From Fimbriiglobus sp. (lineage in GTDB: Bacteria > Planctomycetota > Planctomycetia > Gemmatales > Gemmataceae), in assembly GCA_025362195.1 (NCBI GenBank), contig JANYHV010000020.1, forward strand, positions 1-61,219: a DNA stretch of 61,219 nucleotides. The letters run 5' to 3'. A program made the position numbers and the translations under genes. The notes under the pieces were generated by a model. The model was not told the DNA's origin and ran no database searches. It worked only from the letters and a program-made list of their open reading frames with translations. Numbering within the stretch: position 1 is the first letter of the stretch; each line of letters begins with the position of its first letter. This document shows positions 1 to 9,219 of this stretch, piece by piece.

Positions 1-3
1 TTT

Positions 4-66
4 GCGTCAGCGCCCGGAGTTTTTCGCCGTCCAAGAACTCCGGGCGCTGACGCTTCCGGCTCGCCG
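4..66. repeat. REP-doublet/REPIN-like palindrome, family A (left arm shortened or diverged at the window edge)
   Basis: GCGTCAGCGCCCGGAGTT (4-21) pairs with AACTCCGGGCGCTGACGC (36-53). The right arm ACTCCGGGCGCTGACGCTTCCGGCTCGCCG (37-66) is identical to 49383-49412. Confidence 0.85.
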
Positions 67-98
67 GTCGTTACCGTAAAGGGAGGCGCACGACCGGC

Positions 99-1574
99 AT
101 GACATCCCCCGCGACCAACCCGGTCCGCCGGCTGACGCAAGTCTTCGTCGCGTTCCTGTGCGGCTTCCTGCTGGTCCGTACGGTCGCCCTGGAGCCGTTC
201 GGCGTGCCGACGGGCAGCATGGCCCCGGCGCTCATCGGCAACCACCGCACCGTCAACTGCCCGCGGTGCGACGCCCCCGTGACCGTCGGCGAGCCGGGGC
301 CGGACGCGCGGGCGATCAAGTTCGACGCCTGCCGGTGCCCGAACTGCGAGCAGGCCGTCGATCTTTCGGCCGCCCGGGAAGTCCCCGGCGACCGGCTCAT
401 GGTCGATAAGACCGTCTTCCACGCCCGCAGCCCGCGCCGCTGGGAGGTCGCCGTCTTCCGCTGCCCGGCCGACCTGTCGAAGCCCTACGTCAAGCGGGTC
501 GTCGGCCTGCCGGGCGAGCACGTCGAGATCTCCGGCGGCGACGTGTACGCCGACGGCGAACTCGTGCGGAAGACCATGCGTCAAGTCCGCGAGACCCGCG
601 TCCTGGCCTTCGCCCTGGCGCACGCCCCGGCCGGCGGCTGGTCCGACCGGTGGCTGGTCCAGCCGCTTGCCGCCGACCCGAAGCTACCGCCGCTGACCGC
701 CACGCGGGCCGAACGCCCGGCCGACGAACTCGTCTTGCACGACGGGGTTTTGCACCTCGACGGGGTCGCTCACCCCGAAGGCGTCGGGGTGACGTACCGG
801 CACCTGAACCTCGACACCCGCCGCGAGGAACCGCTGCACGACTTCCTGGCGTACAACGGCCAGCCGCCCGACCGCAAGCTGTTCGCCCGCTCGGCCACGG
901 CCCCGTGGGGCGACCCGGTCCACGACTTCGTCGCCGCGTTCGACCTCGAAGTCGTCGCCGGGTCCGGGGTCTTCGCCTGCCGGCTGACGGACAACGTCGA
1001 AAGCGTCCACGCCGACGTCCCCGTAGGTCTCCAAGTCGCGCCGACGGTCCAGGTCGCCCACGACGGCGGGGCGACGCCACTGGGCAAGCCGTGGCCCGCG
1101 CTGGCCGTCGGCTCGACGTACCGCGTCGAGTTCGCGTTCGTGGACCGGCGGGCGATGCTGGCCATCGACGGGCGGGACGTGCTGCCGCCGCTCGACCTGC
1201 CGGCCGACCCCGTCGGGCAACCCCGCAAGCGGCAGACGGCGCGGCCGGTCCAGTTCGGCGTCCGCGGGGCAACGGTCGTGGTCAAGAACTTCGAGTTGTT
1301 CCGGGACGTTCACTACTTGAGCGCGGCGAAGTCCCCGCGCGGTTGGCAACTCCCGGCCGGCGAGTATTTCGTCCTGGGCGACAACACGAGCAGTTCGCAC
1401 GACTCTCGGGTCTGGGAAATCGACGGCAAGCCGGCCCCGGGCGTGCCGGAGGACGGCTTCCTCGGGAAACCGTTCCTCATCCACCAGCCGATGCGACCGG
1501 CCCGGCTGACCGTGAACGGCCACGAACGGCGGATGCAGTCCCCCGACTGGGGCCGCATCCGCTGGCTGCGCTAA
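99..1574 (+). CDS. lepB: Signal peptidase I (S26 family) with Zn-ribbon-like and large beta-rich insertions
   Basis: N-terminal TM helix, catalytic Ser box VPTGSMAPAL, Lys box YVKRVVGLPGE, C-terminal YFVLGDN..SHDSRVW. Insert CPRC...CRCPNC. Confidence 0.9.
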   Translation: MTSPATNPVRRLTQVFVAFLCGFLLVRTVALEPFGVPTGSMAPALIGNHRTVNCPRCDAPVTVGEPGPDARAIKFDACRCPNCEQAVDLSAAREVPGDRLMVDKTVFHARSPRRWEVAVFRCPADLSKPYVKRVVGLPGEHVEISGGDVYADGELVRKTMRQVRETRVLAFALAHAPAGGWSDRWLVQPLAADPKLPPLTATRAERPADELVLHDGVLHLDGVAHPEGVGVTYRHLNLDTRREEPLHDFLAYNGQPPDRKLFARSATAPWGDPVHDFVAAFDLEVVAGSGVFACRLTDNVESVHADVPVGLQVAPTVQVAHDGGATPLGKPWPALAVGSTYRVEFAFVDRRAMLAIDGRDVLPPLDLPADPVGQPRKRQTARPVQFGVRGATVVVKNFELFRDVHYLSAAKSPRGWQLPAGEYFVLGDNTSSSHDSRVWEIDGKPAPGVPEDGFLGKPFLIHQPMRPARLTVNGHERRMQSPDWGRIRWLR

Positions 1575-1672
1575 CATTGACGGCGGAACTTCGGGGGGGG
1601 CCGCCATCAATGTCGCCCCCGGCAGCGGGGGCCGCTACAACAGATTTACCCCACAGACCCGACGAGACGCGC

Positions 1673-3514
1673 ATGACCGCCCCGACCCCCGCCCCGAAGT
1701 CGAGTCCGCACCGCGACCCGTTCCGCGAGGCCGTCGAGACGCTCGTCTTCGTCGTCGCGCTGGTCCTCATGCTCAAGCTGTTCACCGTCGAGGCGTTCGT
1801 CATCCCGACCGGGTCGATGGCCGAGACCCTGTACGGCATCCAGAAGCTCGTCGTCTGCCCCGACTGCGGGCACGAGTACCCCGTGAACTCGACCGAGGAG
1901 GTCGAGCCGCCGGCCCGCGCCCGCGGCGACGACAACGACGCCCCCCGCCTGACGCTGCTGAGCGGGGCCTGCTGCCCGAACTGCCGCCACACCTTCGACT
2001 GGTTCAACGAGAAGAAGCGGCCGCCGGACAACAACAGCGGCGACCGCGTCCTCGTTCACAAAGCGGTGTACGCCCTCGCCGGGCCGCAGCGGGCCGACGT
2101 GGTCGTGTTCAAATTCCCCGTCGATCCGCAGTTGGGCTTCCAGGCGCAGAACTACATCAAGCGGCTCTGGGGCCTCGGCGGCGAGACCATCGCCATCTAC
2201 CGCGGCGACCTGTACCGCACGACGGCGCTCAAGTACCCGGCGGACGAACTCGACACCTTCGGCACGCCCAAGTACCCGCGGCCGGCCCCCGGCGACGAAT
2301 CCCGGCTGTGGGAAGGCCCGGCCGTCGTCGACGGTAGCCGGACGACGCCCAAGTACCCGCCGCCGGGCGTCGCGCAGCCCGACTACACGTACCACAACGT
2401 TTCGGACACCGTCGCCCGCTTCGCCGCCGACCTGGCCGCCGGGTTCCAGGGCACCGGGTTCGAGCCGATCCGCAAGCCGGCGTCGGCCGCGCTCGCCATG
2501 CGCCGCACCGTCTACGACAACGAGCACCAGTCGAAGTACCTGCTGGAGAAGGGCGTGCCGGCCCGCTGGCAGCCGGCCGGCCCGGGCTGGAAGCCGGACG
2601 CGGTCGCCGGGCCGAAGGCGTTCGCGCACGCCGGTGACGGCGCGGGCCGGCTGACCTACACGCACCGCGTGCCCGGACCGCCCCAACAGAACCCGCTCCG
2701 TAACGACTTCGACCACCCGACGTACTCGACCGACCGCGAACGATTGGCCCAGGGCTACCAGGACGGCCTGTACGCCGCCGGGCCGATCACCAATTTCCTC
2801 GGGTACAACACGGCCGAAGCGGGCGGCCAGCCGCGCCGCGACACCCCCCAATTCCCAGTCGCCGACCTGATGCTCGAAGCGACGGCGACGCTGCAACCCG
2901 GCGCGGCCGTGACCCTCGAACTGTCGAAGGGCACCCGCCGCTTCCGGGCGACCTTCCGCGAAGGTAACGTGAGCATGGCCATCGTCGGCCCCGGCGGCCA
3001 TGACCTCGGCACAACCCCGACGAAGGTCGCCGCGGGCAAGAGCTACGACCTCCGCTTCGCCAACTTCGACAGCCAACTCCGCGTCTGGATCAACGGCCGG
3101 CTCCTCGAACTCCCCGGCGACGGGCTGTCCACCCCGTGGGAGTCGTCCGGCTTCGACGCCGCCTGCGGCGCGGCCCTCGGCGGCGCGTTCGCCCCCGCGC
3201 CGTGGGGCGCGACCCCGCAGAACGACATTGCCGCCCCGGCGAGTGTCGCCGTGGCCGGCGGCGCGGAGGTCAGCGGCTTGCGGCTGTACGCCGACACCTA
3301 CTTCACTCCGGCCAGTACCCAGCGCAGTCAGCACGCCGACCCGACTGACCCCATCGACACTTTTTACGTCCAGCCGGGGCACTACTTCTGCCTGGGCGAC
3401 AACTCGGGCCAGAGCCTCGACGGCCGCGTCTGGGGCCTCGTCCCGGAGCGGCTGATGCTGGGCAAGGCGATGTTCGTCTTCTGGCCGCACAACCGCATCG
3501 GCTTCATCAAGTGA
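1673..3514 (+). CDS. lepB: Signal peptidase I paralogue (S26 family) with Zn-ribbon-like and large insertions
   Basis: REAVETLVFVVALVLMLK TM, FVIPTGSMAETL, NYIKRLWGLGGE, YFCLGDNSGQSLDGRVWG. Insert CPDC...CCPNC. Start placed at ATG 1673 (alternative 1610) inside ORF 650..3514. Confidence 0.9.
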   Translation: MTAPTPAPKSSPHRDPFREAVETLVFVVALVLMLKLFTVEAFVIPTGSMAETLYGIQKLVVCPDCGHEYPVNSTEEVEPPARARGDDNDAPRLTLLSGACCPNCRHTFDWFNEKKRPPDNNSGDRVLVHKAVYALAGPQRADVVVFKFPVDPQLGFQAQNYIKRLWGLGGETIAIYRGDLYRTTALKYPADELDTFGTPKYPRPAPGDESRLWEGPAVVDGSRTTPKYPPPGVAQPDYTYHNVSDTVARFAADLAAGFQGTGFEPIRKPASAALAMRRTVYDNEHQSKYLLEKGVPARWQPAGPGWKPDAVAGPKAFAHAGDGAGRLTYTHRVPGPPQQNPLRNDFDHPTYSTDRERLAQGYQDGLYAAGPITNFLGYNTAEAGGQPRRDTPQFPVADLMLEATATLQPGAAVTLELSKGTRRFRATFREGNVSMAIVGPGGHDLGTTPTKVAAGKSYDLRFANFDSQLRVWINGRLLELPGDGLSTPWESSGFDAACGAALGGAFAPAPWGATPQNDIAAPASVAVAGGAEVSGLRLYADTYFTPASTQRSQHADPTDPIDTFYVQPGHYFCLGDNSGQSLDGRVWGLVPERLMLGKAMFVFWPHNRIGFIK

Positions 3515-3531
3515 CCCCCGGAGGCGGCGCG

Positions 3532-3921
3532 ATGCTCGCCGGCGAAACCCAGATCCGCGTCCGGTACGCGGAGACCGACCGCATGGGGCTGCTGCACCAC
3601 GCGAACTACCTCGTCTACTTCGAGCAGGCCCGGACCGACCTGCTCCGGGACGAGGGCAAGACGTACAAGGACCTGGAGGACGCGGGCTATTTATTGGTCA
3701 TCACCAAAGTCGAGGTGAAGTACAAAAGCCCCGCCTACTACGACGACCTGCTGACGATCCGGACCACCGTGACGCGGACCAGCCCGGTCCGGTTGGAGCA
3801 CAAGTACGAGGTGTTCGGGCCGGCCGGGAAGCTGCTCGCCGAAGGGTCTTCGACCCTCGCGTGCGTCGGCCGGGACGGTAAGATTCAGGCCATGCCCGGC
3901 TGGCTGGCCGACGCGAAGTGA
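3532..3921 (+). CDS. Acyl-CoA thioesterase, YbgC/FadM (4HBT hot-dog fold) family
   Basis: RVRYAETDRMGLLHHANYLVYFEQAR signature. Alternative GTG start at 3511 overlaps the lepB stop. Confidence 0.9.
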   Translation: MLAGETQIRVRYAETDRMGLLHHANYLVYFEQARTDLLRDEGKTYKDLEDAGYLLVITKVEVKYKSPAYYDDLLTIRTTVTRTSPVRLEHKYEVFGPAGKLLAEGSSTLACVGRDGKIQAMPGWLADAK

Positions 3922-3939
3922 CCCCGACCCGGAGCAAGC

Positions 3940-4512
3940 GTGACGCGATTCTGGATTCACCACGCCCTGCCGGTGCTCCTGTGCGCCCTGCCCGTGGCCG
4001 CGGCCGTCGTCGTCTTCTTCGCCGTCCCCCCGGGCGCGCGGGCCGACTACTGGGAGCGCGTCCAGCGGTCGCCCATCGACTGGCTCATTCTCGCGGCCGG
4101 GACGGTCCTGTTCACCGCGCAAATCTGGCTCACGTGGCGGTCGCTCCGGTGGAAGGGGACGAACTTCGACGAGCGGCCGGACCGCTGGCTGGAGAACCTC
4201 GCCCAGGCCGCCGAGTGGTTCCCGCTGCTCGGCCTGATCGGCACGGTCGCGGCCATCTTGCAGACGTTCGGCAGCTTCAAGGACGCGGCCAACCCGACCC
4301 CGCAGCAGATCATCCGCGAGTACGCCCCGGCCATCACGGCCACCGGCAGCGGCCTGTTCATGGCCCTCATGAACATCCTCCCGCAGTGGGTCGCCCGCGT
4401 CGGCCGGGACCTGATCCGCGGCCTGGCCGGGGAGGCCAACGTCGTCCCCCTGACCCCGGCCACGCCGGACGAGTACCGGCCGTCCTCGCCGAACGCGGGA
4501 GAACCGCGATGA
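3940..4512 (+). CDS. MotA/TolQ/ExbB proton-channel family membrane protein
   Basis: Four hydrophobic segments. FPLLGLIGTV and AITATGSGL match the ExbB/TolQ channel helices. Confidence 0.8.
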   Translation: MTRFWIHHALPVLLCALPVAAAVVVFFAVPPGARADYWERVQRSPIDWLILAAGTVLFTAQIWLTWRSLRWKGTNFDERPDRWLENLAQAAEWFPLLGLIGTVAAILQTFGSFKDAANPTPQQIIREYAPAITATGSGLFMALMNILPQWVARVGRDLIRGLAGEANVVPLTPATPDEYRPSSPNAGEPR

Positions 4513-5057
4513 TCCGCCCGCCGTCGCGGTCGGTGACGCGGTTCTTCATCCCGCTCATCGACGTGCTGATCCTGCTCTTCTGCATCTTCCTGCTGATGCC
4601 GTTCGTCGGCCAGCCGGACGCCAGCGGCGACGCGGACGCCACCGACGCCGCGCCACCGACGCCCGCGGAGTTGAAGCAGAAGCTGCTCGATGCCGAGTTA
4701 AAACTGGCGCAGGCGGCCGCCGAACTGGACCGCCTGCAGGCCGCCGCCGCCAGCCCGGCCAACCGCGTGCGGGTCCGCGTCCTGGAGATCGACGCGGCGA
4801 CCGGCAAGCTGTTCGCGTTCGACCCGGACTCCGCCGACGCCCGGCAAGAAGTCCGCGACCAGTCGGACGCCCAGCGACTCATCGACCAGGGCCGCCGGAC
4901 CGCGAAGGGCAAGGACGTCTTCTTCCTGCTGCTCTACCCGCGGGTCCGGTCGGGCTTCCCGGAGCAGCCGCAAATCGAGGCGTACCGCCGGTGGTTCCAG
5001 GAGGTGCCACACGGCTTCGACAACCCCTGGGGCCAATCCGGCACGGTGAAACCATGA
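4509..5057 (+). CDS. ExbD/TolR-like single-pass protein with coiled coil
   Basis: FFIPLIDVLILLFCIFLL carries the conserved membrane Asp. ATGA overlap with the upstream stop. C-terminal part of ORF 3918..5057. Confidence 0.75.
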   Translation: MIRPPSRSVTRFFIPLIDVLILLFCIFLLMPFVGQPDASGDADATDAAPPTPAELKQKLLDAELKLAQAAAELDRLQAAAASPANRVRVRVLEIDAATGKLFAFDPDSADARQEVRDQSDAQRLIDQGRRTAKGKDVFFLLLYPRVRSGFPEQPQIEAYRRWFQEVPHGFDNPWGQSGTVKP

Positions 5058-5677
5058 CCTTCGCACTCCTCGGCTTCAACCCCGACCGCATCGCTGCGAT
5101 GGCGATGAACGCCCTGGCCGTCGGCGGCGGCTTCCTGGCCGGGTACGTCCTGACGGCGCTCGCCGCCTACTTCCTCGACCGCTGGCTGACCGGCAGCAAG
5201 TCGCCGGCCGGGCTGCACAAGACGGTCCGCGCGATAGGCGGCGTCTGCGGCGCGATCCTCGTCGCCCTCCTCGTCTTCGGCGACGGCACCGGGACCGGCC
5301 GGGGCGACGGCCCGGGCACGACCCCCTCAACCGGTGCCGGCGCGGGCACGACGGCCGTCACGACCACCGCGCCCGACCCGGCGATCAAGGACAAGCCGCC
5401 GGAGCCGCCGCGGACTGAGGAGGTCGTCCGCGTCACGGTGCTCAGCGGGGCCGACGTAGTCGGCGAGCGCTTCTACGTCGTCGAGGGCGACCCGGCGAAG
5501 CGGACGCTCGACGAGGTCAAGCGGGAACTGGCCACGCGGAAGGTCGGCACGCTCAAAACGCTCGCCGTCGAGGTCGTGCTCTCGGCGCGGACCGACCCCC
5601 AGGGGAGCGGTGTGCAGAGCCTCATCGGCGCGGCCCAGGACGCCGGCTTCCGCGTCGTGCTGCCACAACCCCGATGA
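5054..5677 (+). CDS. Membrane protein (2 TM, Gly/Thr/Pro linker, ExbD-periplasmic-like C-terminal domain)
   Basis: Two hydrophobic helices and a GTGTG...PDP linker. The C-terminal VRVTV...TLDEVKREL...VEVVL...LIGAAQDAGFRVV pattern recalls the ExbD periplasmic fold. ATGA overlaps at both ends. Confidence 0.65.
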   Translation: MTFALLGFNPDRIAAMAMNALAVGGGFLAGYVLTALAAYFLDRWLTGSKSPAGLHKTVRAIGGVCGAILVALLVFGDGTGTGRGDGPGTTPSTGAGAGTTAVTTTAPDPAIKDKPPEPPRTEEVVRVTVLSGADVVGERFYVVEGDPAKRTLDEVKRELATRKVGTLKTLAVEVVLSARTDPQGSGVQSLIGAAQDAGFRVVLPQPR

Positions 5678-8115
5678 CGCCCCCCGCCCCCAATTCCGTG
5701 CCGCGGGTGCTGTTCTTCGGGCCGCCCAAGTCGGGCAAATCGACGCTCCATGAGCAGGTCCTGCGCATCGCCACGGCCGCCCCCGGGTCGGACGCCGCGT
5801 CGCTGCCGAACGTCGGCCCGGACACCGGCCTGCGCCGCGAACTGACCCCGCACCGCGTCGCCGTGTCGAACCCGTCGGCCGGCCCCCTCGGCGGCCAGTT
5901 CGAGCTGTGCGACTGCGACAGCGACGCCGCCGACCACCTCCTGGCCAGCCCCGACGCGGCGGTCCGCGCGAAAGCCCGCGGCCTGCTCGCCGACGCCGTG
6001 CGGTCGGCCGACGCCCTCGTCCTGGCCGTCGATGCCGGGGCGACGGTGGAGGAAGTCGAGGGCACCTTCGCCCAGTTCCGCCGGTTGCTCGACGTGCTGA
6101 CCGAGGAGCGTGAGTTCGGCCGGGAGGTCGGCGGCTGGCCGGTCTTCCTGACCCTGACCAAGTGCGACACCCTGGCCCGGGACGGCGACTCCCCGGCGGC
6201 CTGGCTGCGGCACGTCGAGGCCCGCAAGGCCGAGTTGCACGCCCACTTCGCCGAAGCCTTCGCCGACGACATCGCGGACGACGCCGGCGGCGCGTACCAC
6301 CGGTTCGGGAGCCTGGGCTTGAGCCTCACGGCGACCTGCGCCCGCGTCCCGCCGGGGCCGGCGTTCGACCTGTACGCCGACGGCAGCGGCGGGTTCGGCA
6401 TGATCGACTTGGCCGGCGCGTGCCTGACCGCCGCCCGCGACCAACACGACCGCGTCGCCAGTTCGCGGCGGCGATTGCGGGGCACGGTCGTCGGCGTCGG
6501 CGGCTTGTTGACGGCCATCCTCGCCGCCGTGACGGTCCTCGCCACGAGCGGGGCGTTGAGCGCCACCGACCGGCTGGCCGAGCGGGTGCGGGCGTACCGG
6601 TCGAGCGAACCGCCGGCGGGCGTGCGGCTGGCCGACGCGCGGCTGGCCCGGCACGTCAAGGAGTTGCGCAGCCTGCGCGAGGCCGACGGGTACGCCGACC
6701 TGCCCGCCGAGTTGCGCGGGTTCGTCGAGGGCCGGGTCCGCGAGGCCGACGACTACCGCGACTACCGGGCCAAGTTCCAACCGCCGCGGCTGGGGCCGGC
6801 CGAGGTGCGGACCCGCGAGCAAACCGAGGCGCTGGCGGCCGAGTTGCGCGGCGACCTCGTCCCCCCGGCCGAGTACCGGCCGGCCTGGGACGACACCGAG
6901 GGCGCGCGGCTGTGGGCAAAGTGGCGGCGCGACCTGGAACTGCTGACGGCCGCCGAGTCGCAACTGCACGAGTGGTACCGCGGCCTGATCCGCCGGGCCA
7001 ACGAGGCGCTGCTGACGGCGACCCCGCCCGACGCCTTGTGGCGGAGTCAAGTCGGCGAACTGTTCGCGGCCGCGGCCCGAGAGCCGTTCGACCCGCGGGC
7101 CGAAATCCCCGGCTCGGTGGCGGTCCCGCTGCCCCGCGGCCGCAAGCTGACTTACGCCACCGCCGGCCGGTTCGACCGCGTCTCCCTGGCGAAGCGGGAC
7201 TGGGACGACACCCGCGCCCGCCTGCGCGGCCTCGCCGACCTGACCGACGCCCTCGGCTTGACGGCCGGACCGGACGCGCTCGACCTGCCGGAGCCGGCGG
7301 CCGGCGGCGTCGGCACGCGGGACCTGGCGGCGACCCGCCTCGCGGCCGTGCGTACGGCCTTCCCGCCGCGACTGGTCAACGAGCCGAGTCTGGCGAAAGC
7401 GACCTTCCCCGAGTGGTTCGAACACACCTACCCCGACACGGTCCGCCGCGCCGTCGAGGCCCGCCTGGCGAGCGTGCGCGAAACGGCCTTGCGGCACTTG
7501 CGCCTGACGATCGCCCAGGACGCCGCCGAGACGCCCGACGGCCTGCGGCAACTGCTCGCCGCGAAATCGCCGGCCTACGCCGACTGGGACCGGCTCACGC
7601 AGGTCCTCGCCGACCTGAGTACGCGGACGCCGAACGCCCCGACGCCGCTGGCCGAGTTGGCCGCGTTCGTCGCCCTCGACCGGTACGCCGTGGACCTGCC
7701 GGCGCTGACCCTCCGGCTGCCCGACGACCTGCTCGAACAGAAGGCACGGCCCGGGAGTTTGACCCTCCGCGTCGGCGCGAAAGAGTTCGCTTACGCCCCG
7801 GACGGCGAGCCGCAGCGCGAGAATGCGGCGACGGTCTACCGCCTCACACCCGTCGGCCACACCGGCAAGTTCGCGCTCGCCCCCGGGGACGCGGTCACGG
7901 CCATGCAGACGGTGCGGTCCGGCCCGGAGGAGGCGACGCTGACGTGGACCTCGCCGCGCGCCGGGTTCTACCGCTTCGACCTGTTCGAGGCCGCGCCGAC
8001 CTTGTCGCGGGCGGCCGGGATCGACGCCGCCGCCGGGGGCGTTCTGCTCGGCGTGCCGCCGCCGGGGGCGTGGCCGCGGCTGCCGGACTTGCTCCGGGGC
8101 GGCGCGAGGCGATAA
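5674..8115 (+). CDS. Membrane-anchored P-loop GTPase-domain protein
   Basis: G1 GPPKSGKS, degenerate G3 LCDCDS, ALVLAVD strand, G4 LTKCD. One TM (GVGGLLTAILAAVTVLA), then a roughly 520-aa C-terminal region. Confidence 0.75.
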   Translation: MTPPAPNSVPRVLFFGPPKSGKSTLHEQVLRIATAAPGSDAASLPNVGPDTGLRRELTPHRVAVSNPSAGPLGGQFELCDCDSDAADHLLASPDAAVRAKARGLLADAVRSADALVLAVDAGATVEEVEGTFAQFRRLLDVLTEEREFGREVGGWPVFLTLTKCDTLARDGDSPAAWLRHVEARKAELHAHFAEAFADDIADDAGGAYHRFGSLGLSLTATCARVPPGPAFDLYADGSGGFGMIDLAGACLTAARDQHDRVASSRRRLRGTVVGVGGLLTAILAAVTVLATSGALSATDRLAERVRAYRSSEPPAGVRLADARLARHVKELRSLREADGYADLPAELRGFVEGRVREADDYRDYRAKFQPPRLGPAEVRTREQTEALAAELRGDLVPPAEYRPAWDDTEGARLWAKWRRDLELLTAAESQLHEWYRGLIRRANEALLTATPPDALWRSQVGELFAAAAREPFDPRAEIPGSVAVPLPRGRKLTYATAGRFDRVSLAKRDWDDTRARLRGLADLTDALGLTAGPDALDLPEPAAGGVGTRDLAATRLAAVRTAFPPRLVNEPSLAKATFPEWFEHTYPDTVRRAVEARLASVRETALRHLRLTIAQDAAETPDGLRQLLAAKSPAYADWDRLTQVLADLSTRTPNAPTPLAELAAFVALDRYAVDLPALTLRLPDDLLEQKARPGSLTLRVGAKEFAYAPDGEPQRENAATVYRLTPVGHTGKFALAPGDAVTAMQTVRSGPEEATLTWTSPRAGFYRFDLFEAAPTLSRAAGIDAAAGGVLLGVPPPGAWPRLPDLLRGGARR

Positions 8116-8151
8116 ACTGTCTCTGTCGAGCCGCACCCCACGAGACGCGTC

Positions 8152-9069
8152 ATGCACATTCGGGACATCCTGGACCAGAACCCGACGACCCTGAGCTTCG
8201 AGTTCTTCCCGCCGAAAAGCGATGAGGCGTCCGAGGAACTCTTTCAGAACATCGCGCAGCTGCAAGAACTCAAGCCGTCGTTCGTCAGCGTCACCTACGG
8301 GGCCGGCGGCTCGACCCGGGACCGCACGCACGACCTCATCATCCGCATCCAGGCCGAGACCGACCTGACGGCCGTGTCGCACCTGACGTGCGTCTGCCAC
8401 GCCCGCGAGGAGATGGGAGCGATCCTCGACCGGTACGCCGCGTCGGGCGTCGAGAACGTGCTGTGCCTCGGCGGCGACCCGCCCAAGACCCTGGCCGGCT
8501 ACGTCAAGTCGGCCGACGCCTTCCAGCACGCCGACGACCTTGTCCGCTTCGTCAAGTCGCGGACGAACACGCCCGACCCGCGCGGCTTCGGCGTCGCCGT
8601 CGCCGGCTTCCCGGAGGGCCACCCCGGCACGCCGAACCGCCTGCACGAGATGGACTACCTGAAGCGCAAGGTGGACGCGGGCGCGGACTACATCTGCACG
8701 CAACTGTTCTTCGACAACCGCGACTTTTACGACTTCCGCGAGCGGTGCGACCTGGCCGGGGTGCGGGTGCCGATCGTCGCCGGGATCATGCCGATCAGCT
8801 CGAAGGCCGGCCTGGTGCGCATGGCCGAACTGTCCGCCGGCTCGCGCTTCCCGGCGAAGCTGTTGCGGGCCGTGGAGCGGTGCAAGGACGACGCGGCGGT
8901 CAACTGCGTCGGCGTCCACTGGGCGACCGAGCAGTGCCTCGACCTGCTGGAGAACCGCGTCCGCGGTATCCACTTCTACACGCTGAACAAGTCCGACGCG
9001 ACCCGGCGAATCTACCAAAACCTGGGCGTGATCGACTCGGTGGGCCTCGGGGCGACCGCGGCGGTGTGA
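8152..9069 (+). CDS. metF: 5,10-methylenetetrahydrofolate reductase
   Basis: SFEFFPPK, SVTYGAGGS, HLTC, KVDAGADYICTQLFFD and GIHFYTLN motifs. Confidence 0.97.
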   Translation: MHIRDILDQNPTTLSFEFFPPKSDEASEELFQNIAQLQELKPSFVSVTYGAGGSTRDRTHDLIIRIQAETDLTAVSHLTCVCHAREEMGAILDRYAASGVENVLCLGGDPPKTLAGYVKSADAFQHADDLVRFVKSRTNTPDPRGFGVAVAGFPEGHPGTPNRLHEMDYLKRKVDAGADYICTQLFFDNRDFYDFRERCDLAGVRVPIVAGIMPISSKAGLVRMAELSAGSRFPAKLLRAVERCKDDAAVNCVGVHWATEQCLDLLENRVRGIHFYTLNKSDATRRIYQNLGVIDSVGLGATAAV

Positions 9070-9084
9070 TCGCGGCGAGGAGTC

Positions 9085-9198
9085 TTGTTAGCCCGACGCG
9101 CCAGCGAGGGACGCGCGTTGCCATCCCCGTTAGGGGTTGCTTCGGCTTCCGAATCCGGGAGTCCTCGCGCGTCCCTCGCTGGTGCGTCGGGCTAACAA
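9085..9198. repeat. REP-doublet/REPIN-like palindrome, family B
   Basis: 33-nt arms 9085-9117 (TTGTTAGCCCGACGCGCCAGCGAGGGACGCGCG) and 9166-9198 with one G-T mismatch. Same core as 36475-36640. Lies between metF and ggt. Confidence 0.88.
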
Positions 9199-9219
9199 AA
9201 CCGCCATCCGGTCTGTAGC

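Noticed and set aside
1578-1610. Imperfect inverted repeat with a G-run between the two lepB genes as a phase-variation tract or terminator
   Set aside because: The stem is short, there is no U-tract, and the G-run lies outside the likely coding region.
650-1672. N-terminal 341 aa of the 954-aa ORF as part of the second signal peptidase
   Set aside because: It overlaps the first lepB in another frame and is low-complexity. Recognisable protein starts near 1673.
3940-5057. Zorya ZorAB or flagellar MotAB
   Set aside because: There is no long ZorA tail, no OmpA-like peptidoglycan-binding domain in the partner and no ZorC/D/E, so it is treated as ExbBD-like.
5473-9018. Very long antisense or alternate-frame ORFs (e.g. 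5473..9018 -, 21236..23929 -, 44597..47293 +, 36578..38575 +)
   Set aside because: They are shadows of real genes: high GC3 removes stops from other frames, and the translations are Arg/Pro/Gly-rich or mirror the sense codon bias, with no motifs.
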